Origin: a virus
Reading direction: 5' to 3' (one strand)
Virus record (IMG/VR): IMGVR_UViG_3300045988_040573
Length of the DNA: 41,536 nt
Shown here: positions 6,903-16,398 of the stretch, piece by piece
How the letters are laid out: every line of letters begins with the position of its first letter
Numbering within the stretch: the first letter of the stretch is position 1
The notes under the pieces: model-generated
What the model saw: only the letters and a program-made list of their open reading frames with translations
What the model was told of the DNA's origin: nothing
Database searches by the model: none
Program-made: the position numbers and the translations under genes

Positions 6903-8163
6903 GCTATCTGGCGTTGTTTCCCCTTGCTTCGCAAAAGTCCACCGTGAAATCAAGGCAGGCAATGTAAAAGAGCTTGTCGCAAAGGGCGGGCGCGGCAGTA
7001 CAAAATCCAGCTATATTAGCATAGAGCTAATTTTGCAGCTGATAAAGCATCCGCAATGCCACGCGGCGGTTTTCCGCAAGGTCGGAAACACGCTGCGCAC
7101 AAGCGTGTATGCGCAAATCGTCTGGGCAATCAATGAGCTTGGATTGCACGACCATTTTCGCTGCACGGTCTCCCCGATGGAATGCACCTATTTGCCTACT
7201 GGGCAAAAGGTGCTTTTTTTCGGCGTTGATGACCCCGGCAAGGTAAAGTCAATCAAAGTGCCGTTTGGTTATATCGGCATCTGCTGGTTTGAAGAACTTG
7301 ACCAGTTTGACGGGGAAGAGCAAATCCGAAACGTGGAGCAGTCCTGCTTGCGCGGCGGTGACTGGTTCATTACGTTCAAGAGCTTTAACCCGCCAGCAAT
7401 GGCGCGGAACTGGGCAAACGGCTACGCACTGAAAGCACGCAACGGAAAGATGATACATCATTCCACATACAAAACAACGCCCGCAGAATGGCTCGGGGAG
7501 CGGTTTCTGGCCGATGCTGAATATTTGCAGCGCACAAACGAAACGGCCTACCGACACGAGTATCTGGGCGAGGTTGTCGGTAGCGGCACAGCGGTATTCG
7601 AAAACCTGAAAATTCAACCAATCACAGACGAGCAGTTGAAAACATTCGACAGAATCAAGCGCGGCGTTGACTGGGGCTGGTATCCTGACCCATGGGCATA
7701 CAATGCAATGCACTATGACGCAGCGCGGCGCACGCTGTACATCTTCGATGAGATGACACGGCGTAGGACCAGCAACAGGGACACTGCGCAACTGCTTTTG
7801 GATAAAGGGCTGACACGTGAGGATAAAGTCTGCGCGGATAGCGCCGAGCCAAAGTCCATCGCCGATTACAACAAGTACGGTGTGAAGACATTCCCAGCCA
7901 GAAAAGGGCCAAAGTCTGTTGTATACGGTACAAAGTGGCTGCAGATGCTTGATGCTATTGTAATAGACCCCGTGCGATGCCCGGACACGGCAAAAGAGTT
8001 CAGCGAGTATGAATACGAGCGGGACGGCAAGACGGGGGAAGTACTGGAAGGCTACCCGGATTTGAACAACCATCACATTGACGCAGTGCGGTACGCGATG
8101 GAAAGCACAGCGAACAAGGCGGGAGACACCGCCGAAACCAGATACAAGAGCATTTTCGTGTAA
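6892..8163 (+). CDS. Terminase large subunit (PBSX/XtmB-type)
   Basis: Walker A AKGGRGSTKSS, a Walker B-like ICWFEELDQ, a C-terminal nuclease region with HHIDAVRYA, 423 aa. Confidence 0.9.
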   Translation: MTCKLSGVVSPCFAKVHREIKAGNVKELVAKGGRGSTKSSYISIELILQLIKHPQCHAAVFRKVGNTLRTSVYAQIVWAINELGLHDHFRCTVSPMECTYLPTGQKVLFFGVDDPGKVKSIKVPFGYIGICWFEELDQFDGEEQIRNVEQSCLRGGDWFITFKSFNPPAMARNWANGYALKARNGKMIHHSTYKTTPAEWLGERFLADAEYLQRTNETAYRHEYLGEVVGSGTAVFENLKIQPITDEQLKTFDRIKRGVDWGWYPDPWAYNAMHYDAARRTLYIFDEMTRRRTSNRDTAQLLLDKGLTREDKVCADSAEPKSIADYNKYGVKTFPARKGPKSVVYGTKWLQMLDAIVIDPVRCPDTAKEFSEYEYERDGKTGEVLEGYPDLNNHHIDAVRYAMESTANKAGDTAETRYKSIFV

Positions 8164-8178
8164 AGGCGGTGAGAAGAC

Positions 8179-9522
8179 GTGAAAACATACCAAGATTTTG
8201 TAGCGGTTGGCGAAGACGAAAAGGCCCGCATGAGTTTCATACTTGGCACAATCAATGAGTATAAGGCCGACCATAGCACACGCCTTGCAGCGAACGCAAA
8301 CAAGTATTACCACGGAGAAAACCCTACAATCAACAAATACGAGAAAATCATTTACGACATGCAGGGCAAGGCGCACCGTGACATGTACACGGCAAATCAC
8401 AAGATTGCAAGCAAGTTCTTTGGCTTGGCCGTAGACCAAGAAGTTTCGTATTTGCTGGGCAACGGCGTTTCATTTCAGAAGCCGGAGACAGAAAAGGCGC
8501 TGGGTGCGACGTTTGATGAAGATATTATGGACGCTGCCCGCCATGCTTTGATTGACGGGCAGTCCTTCGTGTTCTGGAATCTCGACCATGTGCAGGTGTT
8601 TGCAGCAGAGGAATTTGTTCCTCTGTACGACGAGGAAGACGGCTCCATTAAAGCCGGAATCCGTTTCTGGCAGGTGGCAGACAATAAGCCGCTGCGCGCC
8701 ACGCTGTACGAGCTTGACGGCTACACAGAGTATCTAAAGCCCAAAAGCGATGATATGGCGATTCTCAAGCCGAAACGCGCCTACAAGTTGAAGCTGCGCA
8801 CCAGCGAGGCAGACGGCACAGAAATTTATGACGGTGAGAACTATCCCGGATTTCCTATTATCCCGCTGAAAAACGGCGAGCAGGCCCACAGCGAGCTACA
8901 GGGAAGACAGAATACCATTGACGCGCTCGACCTTGCTAGCTCCAACATGGTAAACAACGTTGACGAAGGCAACCTGATTTTCTGGGTGTTGACCAACTGC
9001 GGAGGCATGGACGAGCAGGACGATACAAAGTTCATCGAGCGTCTTAAAACGACCCATGTCGCCCACGCTGACGGTGACGAGGGCGCAAAGGCCACGCCAC
9101 AGAGCATCGAAGCTCCGTTCCAAGGCACGCAGGCGACTATTGATATGCTCACAAAGAAGCTATACGAGGACTTCCAGGCGTTTGATTCTGCGGCTGTTAG
9201 CGCTGGGAACCAAACTGCAACGGCTATCAAGGCCAGTTATGTGCCACTCGACCTGAAAACGGACAAATTTGAAAGTTGCGTGACGCGCTGCATTAAGGGC
9301 ATTTTGGCGGTTGCAGGTCTTGATGACGATCCGACATACACGCGCAATCAAATTATCAACAAGCAGGAAGAGGCGCAGACGGTCTTGCTCGGAGCGGAAT
9401 ATTACGACGACGAGTACATCACGCGCAAGCTATTGACCATTCTCGGCGACGCAGACCAGTTTGAGGATTTAATGCGCCGAAAAGCGGCTGAAACGTTAGA
9501 CCGCACGACTGGAAATGAATGA
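8179..9522 (+). CDS. Portal protein
   Basis: 447-aa ORF immediately after terL. Its size, acidic composition and synteny fit SPP1-type portals. Confidence 0.7.
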   Translation: MKTYQDFVAVGEDEKARMSFILGTINEYKADHSTRLAANANKYYHGENPTINKYEKIIYDMQGKAHRDMYTANHKIASKFFGLAVDQEVSYLLGNGVSFQKPETEKALGATFDEDIMDAARHALIDGQSFVFWNLDHVQVFAAEEFVPLYDEEDGSIKAGIRFWQVADNKPLRATLYELDGYTEYLKPKSDDMAILKPKRAYKLKLRTSEADGTEIYDGENYPGFPIIPLKNGEQAHSELQGRQNTIDALDLASSNMVNNVDEGNLIFWVLTNCGGMDEQDDTKFIERLKTTHVAHADGDEGAKATPQSIEAPFQGTQATIDMLTKKLYEDFQAFDSAAVSAGNQTATAIKASYVPLDLKTDKFESCVTRCIKGILAVAGLDDDPTYTRNQIINKQEEAQTVLLGAEYYDDEYITRKLLTILGDADQFEDLMRRKAAETLDRTTGNE

Positions 9523-9548
9523 AAAGAGATTGAAAGGAGAAAATCGAA

Positions 9549-9881
9549 ATGGGAGGAAGAGGATCAGGAAGTAGCCGCGGCGGCTGGAGCAAGGTTAGTG
9601 GGACAGCCCGCCAAAACCAGCTTATTAGCAACCTAACCAGAATTGTGAAACGCGACTACAACACAGAACCCACGTTTACAAAACAAAAAGATGGCGGCAT
9701 TGGATACGAATATACAAAAATTCAAAAATTCCAAGACGTTGGCGGTGGTAAATTTATCGACCCCAGAAAGAACGGCATGATAGAAAAAACCACAATAGAA
9801 ACAGGAATTATTATGCCTGACGGATTGATAAAAAAGAATAAGCCGCAGATAACGAAAAAAATTATTAAGCAGCGTAGGTAG
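9549..9881 (+). CDS. Small basic protein with an MGGRGSGS N-terminus (paralogue 1)
   Basis: RBS aaaggaga. The N-terminus MGGRGSGSSRGG is shared with ORF 10503. The C-terminal tail is Lys/Arg-rich and the coding sequence is A-rich. Confidence 0.6.
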   Translation: MGGRGSGSSRGGWSKVSGTARQNQLISNLTRIVKRDYNTEPTFTKQKDGGIGYEYTKIQKFQDVGGGKFIDPRKNGMIEKTTIETGIIMPDGLIKKNKPQITKKIIKQRR

Positions 9882-9886
9882 CCTGT

Positions 9887-10513
9887 ATGCTGAATTTTGA
9901 AAACCTCGAAAAAGCCAACTTTTTAGGCGTTGGCAAATACGATACGCCGATTATCCAGCCGGAACACATTGATGTGCGGCATCTGGAATGGATTCCGTTC
10001 AACTTTGCTAAAACCTGTACGGACTGCGCAACAAAAGGCGTTCACTTCTTCGTGGATGATTATCAATTCCAAAGGGTGTGGAATCAGCCGGACAAGTACA
10101 TTCCGTTGCTTCAAAAATTTGGCGCTGTGTGTGCGCCTGATTTCTCAATGTATACAGATATGCCGCTTGCTATGCAGATATACAATCACTATCGCAAGCA
10201 CTGGCTGGCGGCATACTGGCAGCAATGCGGGATTCACGTTGTGCCAACCCTGTGTTGGAGCAATAAACAAAGCTACGAGTGGTGTTTTGACGGCGAGCCA
10301 CAACATTCGATTGTGGCGATTTCTAGCGTGGGAACGCAGAAAAGCAAGCAGAATCAAGCGCTGTTTGAAAAAGGCGTTCGGGCGGCATTGGCAAGGCTTG
10401 AACCCAGTGAGATTTTGTGGTATGGCAAATGCCCTGAAGAATTTGACTGGAACGTTACTAGGATTCAGCCATATTATGAGCGAGTAAGAAGGAGATGCGA
10501 GAATGGGCGGTAG
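9887..10513 (+). CDS. DUF4417 domain protein
   Basis: HFFVDDYQFQRVWNQPDKY, APDFSMYTDMPLAMQIYNHYRKHWLAAYWQQCGIHVVPT and related blocks match the DUF4417 pattern as I remember it. Confidence 0.6.
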   Translation: MLNFENLEKANFLGVGKYDTPIIQPEHIDVRHLEWIPFNFAKTCTDCATKGVHFFVDDYQFQRVWNQPDKYIPLLQKFGAVCAPDFSMYTDMPLAMQIYNHYRKHWLAAYWQQCGIHVVPTLCWSNKQSYEWCFDGEPQHSIVAISSVGTQKSKQNQALFEKGVRAALARLEPSEILWYGKCPEEFDWNVTRIQPYYERVRRRCENGR

Positions 10514-10862
10514 AGGTTCTGGAAGCGGCAGGGGCGGCAGTGGAACACCGCGCGGCGTTGTTGCGTTTGATATTGATATGGATGGGGCACGCGCTGGGTA
10601 TGTTGTCAAAAACGGCAAAGTTTATAGCGAAAATGGTGATTCTATCAATTTATCAGCATCACAAATCATGGGAAACGCGCAAAATCTGGGATATGGCGTA
10701 AAAACATATAATAAAAAGCAATATGAAAAAAAACAAGAAGCTTATAGAGCTGATAGAAAAGCAACAAGCAACTTCTTAAATACAATGGATGCGCAGATGG
10801 GTGGAAACAAACGGGCTCAGAGAAAGGCAACAGCAAGTCGACGTGGAAGTAGACGTAAATGA
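10503..10862 (+). CDS. Small basic protein with an MGGRGSGS N-terminus (paralogue 2)
   Basis: RBS aagaaggaga. N-terminus MGGRGSGSGRGG. The C-terminus is basic (RKATASRRGSRRK). It overlaps both neighbouring genes. Confidence 0.6.
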   Translation: MGGRGSGSGRGGSGTPRGVVAFDIDMDGARAGYVVKNGKVYSENGDSINLSASQIMGNAQNLGYGVKTYNKKQYEKKQEAYRADRKATSNFLNTMDAQMGGNKRAQRKATASRRGSRRK

Positions 10863-11863
10863 AACCTGATTACGCACACAAAGAAACGGATAAGCAGCTT
10901 GCTTTGCTGGAGCAGCGCATTTCCAAGATATACGAGCAAGCGGCGGGTGAACTTGCCGAAACCGTAAAAACGTATTTTGAACAGTTTGACAAGCGCGATG
11001 CGGCTATGCTTGAAAAGCTGGAAAAAAGTGAAATCACCGAGCAGCAGTACAAGCAATGGCGGCTTGCGCAGATAGGGCGTGGGGAGCGTTTTAAGGCGCT
11101 GCGGGATAAAGTGGCAACCAGATACACCGATGCCAATGCAACGGCTGTGGCATACGTCAATGACGCTACGCCGGGCATTTACAGCTTGAACCGCAATTAC
11201 GAAGCTTACAAAATCGAGCAGGTTTCCGACAAAGCGGACTTTACGCTGTGGGATGAGCAGACAGTGAAACGTCTGATTGTGGAACAGCCTGACTTGATGC
11301 CGTACTACCCGCCAAAGCGGGCATTGCAGCGCGGCATTGATTTGAAATACGGCAAGCAGCAGATTACAGCCAGCGTCACAAGCTCCATCCTGCAAGGAAA
11401 AGGCATTGGCAAGATTGCGGATGACTTACAAAGCCGTATGCATGATATGAGCCGCGCAAGCGCTATCAGAACGGCGCGGACAGCCATTACAGCAGCGCAG
11501 AACGCGGGACGGCTAGACACTTACCGCGCAGCGCAGGACATGGGCATAAAGCTGAAAAAGCAATGGATGGCAACGCTGGACAACCGCACACGCCACGCCC
11601 ATGCAGTGCTAGACGGCCAGACAGTAGACGTTGACAAGCCGTTTAAGGTTGACGGTTACGAGATTATGTATCCTGGAGACAGTTCCGCACCTGGCTATCT
11701 TGTGTATAACTGCCGCTGCACGCAGATTGCAGAGGTTGACGGCGAGGATACAAGCAGCGGAGGCAGACGCGCCAGAGACCCCGAAACGGGGGAATCTGTG
11801 CTTGTGGAAGATATGACCTATGCAGAGTGGGCGCGGTGGAAACGCAATGCAGATACGACTTGA
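10859..11863 (+). CDS. Minor head protein, Phage Mu F / SPP1 gp7-like
   Basis: The C-terminal block WMATLDNRTRHAHAVLDGQTVDVDKPF...YPGDSSAPGYLVYNCRCT is the MuF signature. Confidence 0.85.
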   Translation: MKPDYAHKETDKQLALLEQRISKIYEQAAGELAETVKTYFEQFDKRDAAMLEKLEKSEITEQQYKQWRLAQIGRGERFKALRDKVATRYTDANATAVAYVNDATPGIYSLNRNYEAYKIEQVSDKADFTLWDEQTVKRLIVEQPDLMPYYPPKRALQRGIDLKYGKQQITASVTSSILQGKGIGKIADDLQSRMHDMSRASAIRTARTAITAAQNAGRLDTYRAAQDMGIKLKKQWMATLDNRTRHAHAVLDGQTVDVDKPFKVDGYEIMYPGDSSAPGYLVYNCRCTQIAEVDGEDTSSGGRRARDPETGESVLVEDMTYAEWARWKRNADTT

Positions 11864-12248
11864 AGACCACAGCGCTGAAGTTTACAAAGAGCTTGAAGCG
11901 GCTTGCCAGCGGGCGCTGGAAAAGTGCGGGCTTGTGGCTGAAGGATACGCTAAAAAGCTGTGCCCAGTAGACACAGGCAACCTACGCAACAGCATTACTC
12001 ATACAGTAGCAGACAACGGCGAACGGGCTGCCTACGTAGGCACAAACAGCGAATACGGCGTATACGTTGAGTGCGGCACGGGCATTTACTATCCGGGCGG
12101 CAGACAAACGCCGTGGGTGTATCAAGACGAAAAAGGCGATTGGCATTTGACGCACGGCCAACGCGCAAAACCGTACATCAAGCCCGCAGTGGCAGACCAT
12201 TCCGCGCAGTATAACAGAATTATCGAACAAGAGTTGAAAGGCAAATAA
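11847..12248 (+). CDS. HK97 gp10-like phage protein
   Basis: LCPVDTGNLRNSITH plus the KPYIKPA block typical of the HK97 gp10 family. ATG 11847 overlaps the end of MuF. Confidence 0.65.
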   Translation: MQIRLEDHSAEVYKELEAACQRALEKCGLVAEGYAKKLCPVDTGNLRNSITHTVADNGERAAYVGTNSEYGVYVECGTGIYYPGGRQTPWVYQDEKGDWHLTHGQRAKPYIKPAVADHSAQYNRIIEQELKGK

Positions 12249-12385
12249 GCCTTCCGGCTCTTTTTATTAGCATCTACCGCATTTACGGCAGGTGCTATTT
12301 TCATACGCAAAAACGGCGAAGCATTGCCGTTTTGAATAAAACGCGAATGTCGAAGAACTGACACCGAAGAAAAGGAGCGAAAACA

Positions 12386-13009
12386 TTGGCTATTACTCGC
12401 AAGCTGCTGAAAGGTATGGGGCTGACCGAAGAGCAGCAGGACACTATTATTGAAGCCCACACTGACACCGTAAACGGTTTGAAAGCGGACGTTGACCGCT
12501 ATAAAGCCGATGCGGAAAAGCTTCCCGGCGTTCAAAAGGAACTGGACGACCTGAAAGGAAAGGGCGATGACGGTTACAAGGAAAAGTATGAATCCGAGCA
12601 CAAGGCTTTTGAGGATTACAAAAAGACCGTTGATGCCGAAAAGACGACAGCTGCCAAAGAAAAGGCAGTGGAAGCCGTGCTGAAGAAAATCGGCGTATCC
12701 GAAAAGCGCTTGCAGAGCGTGGCGAAGCTGGCAAAGGCTGACGGCCTGCTTGATGCGCTGGAGCTGAACGATGACGGAGCTGTGAAAGAGGCTGACAAGC
12801 TGGAAAAGAACTTGAAGGACAGTTACAGCGAGTACATCACCACCACCAGCACAAAGGGAGCCGACACGCCCACCCCGCCCGCCAACAGCGGCGGCGCAAA
12901 TCTCACAATGGCCGACATCTACAAAAAAGATGAAAAAGGGCGCTATGTCATGGATTATGAAGCACGCCTGAAGGCAATCGAAGAAAATCTGAACAACCAG
13001 AACACATGA
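12386..13009 (+). CDS. Scaffolding protein
   Basis: TTG start with RBS aaaaggag. A highly charged, coiled-coil-like 207-aa protein directly upstream of the capsid gene. Confidence 0.7.
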   Translation: MAITRKLLKGMGLTEEQQDTIIEAHTDTVNGLKADVDRYKADAEKLPGVQKELDDLKGKGDDGYKEKYESEHKAFEDYKKTVDAEKTTAAKEKAVEAVLKKIGVSEKRLQSVAKLAKADGLLDALELNDDGAVKEADKLEKNLKDSYSEYITTTSTKGADTPTPPANSGGANLTMADIYKKDEKGRYVMDYEARLKAIEENLNNQNT

Positions 13010-13022
13010 AAGGAGCCTTAAA

Positions 13023-13961
13023 ATGGCAGCAACTAAAGTTGAAACCCTGACCACCCCCCGCGACAGTTTGCCCAATGTCTACACTGGCGTGACTGCTCGC
13101 GAGCTGGATTTTGTGACCCGCTTTGCCGACAACTGGGAGGCACTGCGGGAAATCTACGGCATCATGCGGCCCATCCGCAAGCAGGCGGGCACCTCGCTGG
13201 TTTCTTACACCGCTAGCGTTGCGCTGGAGAGCGGCACTGTGCCCGCCGGTGCTGTAATCCCCTATAGCAAAACCACTATCACCCCGGCCACAAAGGAAGA
13301 CATCACCCTGCAAAAGTACGCAAAAGCCGTGCCCATCGAGGATGTGGACAAGTATGGCGCGACTATTGCCGTACAGAAGTCCGACGATGCTTTCCTCACC
13401 AAGCTGCAAAACGTGGTGATGAGCAAATTCTACACCTTCTTGAACACCGGCAACCTGACCGGCGAAGCTGCCTCCTGGCAGGCCGCTCTGGCGAAGGCAC
13501 AGGGCGAGGTGCTGAACAAGTTTGCCACCATTCAGAAGGATGTGACCGAAGTAGTCGGCTTTGCGAACATCCTGGATGCTTACGACTATCTGGGCAGTGC
13601 GCAGGTGACCGTGCAGAACGCTTTCGGCCTGACCTACATCAAGAACTTTATGGGCTATAGCACCCTGTTCCTGCTGCCCGTAACTCAGATTGCCCGCAAC
13701 AAGGTCATTGCAACCCCCGTTGAAAACATTGACCTGTACTATGTTGACCCCTCTAGCGAGTTTTCGAGCCTGGGCCTGACTTACACCGTGAGCGGCGAAA
13801 CTCCCCTGATCGGCTTCCACGCTCAGGGAAACTATGGCACTGCTGTTGGTGAGAGCTTTGCGGTTATGGGCATGGCGCTGTGGGCCGAGTACCTGGACGG
13901 CATTGCGGTTATCACTGTCAATCCTGCTGCGGCTAAGGCCGCTGTAAACACCAAGGGCTGA
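13023..13961 (+). CDS. Major capsid protein
   Basis: 312-aa ORF after the scaffold gene, with strong codon bias and high expression context. Assigned by position and size. Confidence 0.75.
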   Translation: MAATKVETLTTPRDSLPNVYTGVTARELDFVTRFADNWEALREIYGIMRPIRKQAGTSLVSYTASVALESGTVPAGAVIPYSKTTITPATKEDITLQKYAKAVPIEDVDKYGATIAVQKSDDAFLTKLQNVVMSKFYTFLNTGNLTGEAASWQAALAKAQGEVLNKFATIQKDVTEVVGFANILDAYDYLGSAQVTVQNAFGLTYIKNFMGYSTLFLLPVTQIARNKVIATPVENIDLYYVDPSSEFSSLGLTYTVSGETPLIGFHAQGNYGTAVGESFAVMGMALWAEYLDGIAVITVNPAAAKAAVNTKG

Positions 13962-13978
13962 TAAAAGGGGGCAGCGTA

Positions 13979-14404
13979 ATGCTTGAAGAATTGATGCGAG
14001 AGTGCCGGAACTGGTTTAAGGTTCCGGATGGCGCGTACAGCGGCACATTTACCATCAAGGACGGCAGCATTACGCTGCCTTTTTTAGTTGAAGGGCAATA
14101 TTTCCGCATTATCGGGAGCGTGTTCAACGATGGCGTGTACCAGTACGGTGCTGGCAGTTTGACCGATGAAACGTTTGACGGTGCTGTGTGGGCGCTGGCT
14201 GTGCCCGCTGCCTTTATTTCTCTGGTTGAGGATGTGGAAGCATGGCGCAACAAGTATGAGAACGCCGCAAACAGCCCGTTTCAAAGCGAGAGTTTTGCAG
14301 GGTATAGTTACACCAAATCGAGCGCAAACGGCAATTCTGGCGGCTCTGTGACGGGCTGGCAGGGCGTGTTTGCTTCTCGGCTGAACAAATGGAGAAAGCT
14401 ATGA
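13979..14404 (+). CDS. Head-tail connector / DNA-packaging protein (gp6-like)
   Basis: First small ORF after the capsid gene. Assigned by synteny. Confidence 0.5.
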   Translation: MLEELMRECRNWFKVPDGAYSGTFTIKDGSITLPFLVEGQYFRIIGSVFNDGVYQYGAGSLTDETFDGAVWALAVPAAFISLVEDVEAWRNKYENAANSPFQSESFAGYSYTKSSANGNSGGSVTGWQGVFASRLNKWRKL

Positions 14405-14766
14405 GCCTTTTAGATGATTTTTCGCATAGCTGCATCATCATGGACAAGCTGACAAAGCCTGACGGAGAAGGCGGCTATGCTACCGAGTGGAGAGAGGGCG
14501 CCGAGTTTGCGAATTACGTTGCACTGGACAGCAGCCTTGAAGCACGGCAGGCCGAAGCGCAGGGCGTGACCAGCGTATATACAGGCATTGTGCGGAAAGA
14601 TGTGCCCATCGAGTACGGCAGCGTGTACAAGGACGTGACGACCGGGTCATATTTCCGGGTCACGAGCCGCCCGGAAGAAAAGCAAGCCCCGGCAAGCGCT
14701 TCCACTATGCTGAACGGCCTAAAAAGTTTTACGGCTGAACGATTGCGGGAGGGATTGCCTACATGA
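14401..14766 (+). CDS. Head closure / head-tail adaptor protein
   Basis: ATGA-coupled start (an alternative ATG is at 14389). DGEGGY..EW pattern common in head-tail joining proteins. Synteny supports the call. Confidence 0.5.
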   Translation: MSLLDDFSHSCIIMDKLTKPDGEGGYATEWREGAEFANYVALDSSLEARQAEAQGVTSVYTGIVRKDVPIEYGSVYKDVTTGSYFRVTSRPEEKQAPASASTMLNGLKSFTAERLREGLPT

Positions 14767-15131
14767 CAAAAGGCGCTGCATTACAGCAGTTTTTCGGGCA
14801 ATTTATGACCGCATACCCCAGCAACGCCGTGCCGAAAGACGCGGTGCTCCCATACCTGACATATGATGCCGTGTTTGACGCATGGGGCGGCGGGGCGGTA
14901 TCGCTGACGGTCAACATGTGGTTCCATACCACGAGCGAAGCAGTGCCCAATGCAAAGGCGCTTGAGCTTTCTGACGCGCTGGGCATTGGCGGCGTGACGC
15001 TGCCGGTAGATGGCGGCTTGATTTGGTTAAAACGCGGATCACCGTTCTGCCAATCTCTGGCAGATGACACAGACAAAAACCTAAAACGGCGGTACATAAA
15101 TGTTACCGCCGAATTTTTATGCCTAAATTGA
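14763..15131 (+). CDS. Tail completion / tail terminator-like protein
   Basis: Coupled start, an LPYLTYD motif reminiscent of DUF3168-type proteins, and a position just before the major tail gene. Confidence 0.45.
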   Translation: MTKGAALQQFFGQFMTAYPSNAVPKDAVLPYLTYDAVFDAWGGGAVSLTVNMWFHTTSEAVPNAKALELSDALGIGGVTLPVDGGLIWLKRGSPFCQSLADDTDKNLKRRYINVTAEFLCLN

Positions 15132-15140
15132 GGTGAAAGC

Positions 15141-15734
15141 ATGAAATTTACTCGTATCCCAGAATCGGCGTTCAAAGAACTGGTCTTGAACGCTGGCTAT
15201 CTTGCAACTACGTTTGACCCGACTGCCGGTACTGCGCCGGAAGAAAGTGCGCTGCTTGGCGCTACGACAGGCGGCATCAACTTTACGGCTGTGCCAAGCT
15301 TTACCGACTTCGGCGAGGACATCGACAACTGTCCCAAGAACATGAAAGAGCTGACGCAGATTGAATCTTGGGAAGTCAAGTGCAGTGGCACTTATGTTTC
15401 GGCATCTCCTGCTAATGTAAAAAGTATGCTTGGCGCAGCAGAGGAAACAACCACTTCCAAGGTTTCAAAAATCACGCCGCGCAACGACCTGAAAGACAGC
15501 GACTTTACCGATTTGTGGCTGCTGTGCGATTACTCTGACAAGCACGGCACTACGAACGGCGGTTTCTGCGCCATTCACATGATGAATACGCTGTCTACCG
15601 GCGGTTTCAGCTTGAAGACGGGCGACAAGGAAAAAGGCCAGATGAGCTTTGAATACACGGCGCACTACTCCATTAACGCGCAGGACACTGTGCCGTGCGA
15701 GGTGTATATCAAGGCCGGAGAGGATGAAGCATAA
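15141..15734 (+). CDS. Major tail protein
   Basis: 197-aa ORF immediately upstream of the chaperone pair and the tape measure gene. This is the classical siphovirus order. Confidence 0.7.
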   Translation: MKFTRIPESAFKELVLNAGYLATTFDPTAGTAPEESALLGATTGGINFTAVPSFTDFGEDIDNCPKNMKELTQIESWEVKCSGTYVSASPANVKSMLGAAEETTTSKVSKITPRNDLKDSDFTDLWLLCDYSDKHGTTNGGFCAIHMMNTLSTGGFSLKTGDKEKGQMSFEYTAHYSINAQDTVPCEVYIKAGEDEA

Positions 15735-16105
15735 TGCGGATTTTTTCTGAACTTAGCACTGACGAAGCGATGGAAGTCGTTTTGCAAATCGCGCAGCCCA
15801 TCACAAACCTGATCAATGATGAAGCGCTTGTGAAAGAGATGCAGAAAGCGATGCCGAAGGGCGAAACGACCCGTATTGCAATGCAGCGTTTTGGCCTTGC
15901 GAAAATTGTTAAGCTGCTGAACATTGCGTTGAAGCAGCACCGCGAGGATGTGTACGCAATTCTTGCTCCGTTCAACGGCCTGACGGTGGAAGAAATTGGC
16001 AAGCAGAATTTCCTTATCACCTGCAAGCAGGTTGCTGACCTGCTAAACGATAAGGGATTTGTTGATTTTTTCAAATCGTATCTCGGTGGCGGGCAGAACA
16101 AGTAA
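15734..16105 (+). CDS. Tail assembly chaperone (G-like)
   Basis: TAATG-coupled start. An acidic 123-aa protein between the major tail and tape measure genes, with a slippery heptamer near its 3' end. Confidence 0.7.
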   Translation: MRIFSELSTDEAMEVVLQIAQPITNLINDEALVKEMQKAMPKGETTRIAMQRFGLAKIVKLLNIALKQHREDVYAILAPFNGLTVEEIGKQNFLITCKQVADLLNDKGFVDFFKSYLGGGQNK

Positions 16106-16398
16106 TCCCTGTACTGCTGAAAATGCCGAAACTGAGCGCAAAGGCGCTTGTGTCGGCGCTGCCTTACGCTTTAAAAGCTGATTCCGAAGAGCAGCTGTAC
16201 AGAGTGTACATGACAGACAGTGCGTGGAGCCTTGTGGTAGCTGTGACAGGCGTAAAGGACAGGCCAGCGAGATATATTGACATTATCCACCCTCCTAAAG
16301 TGGATACACGGACACCAGAACAGGTGCAGGCAGATTTCAAAGACTTTGCGGCGCGGCATGGGTTGAAAACAAAAGAACGGCAGGAGGTGAGCGAGTAA
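15734..16398 (+). CDS. Tail assembly chaperone, -1 frameshift fusion product (GT-like)
   Basis: The -1 frame is open from T_TTT_TTC (16066-16072) through ORF 16123..16398 with no stop. I checked the intervening codons individually. Confidence 0.6.
16066..16072 (+). promoter_or_regulatory. -1 programmed ribosomal frameshift slippery heptamer T TTT TTC
   Basis: In the zero frame it reads gaT TTT TTC, an X XXY YYZ pattern, 33 nt before the G stop codon. Confidence 0.6.
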
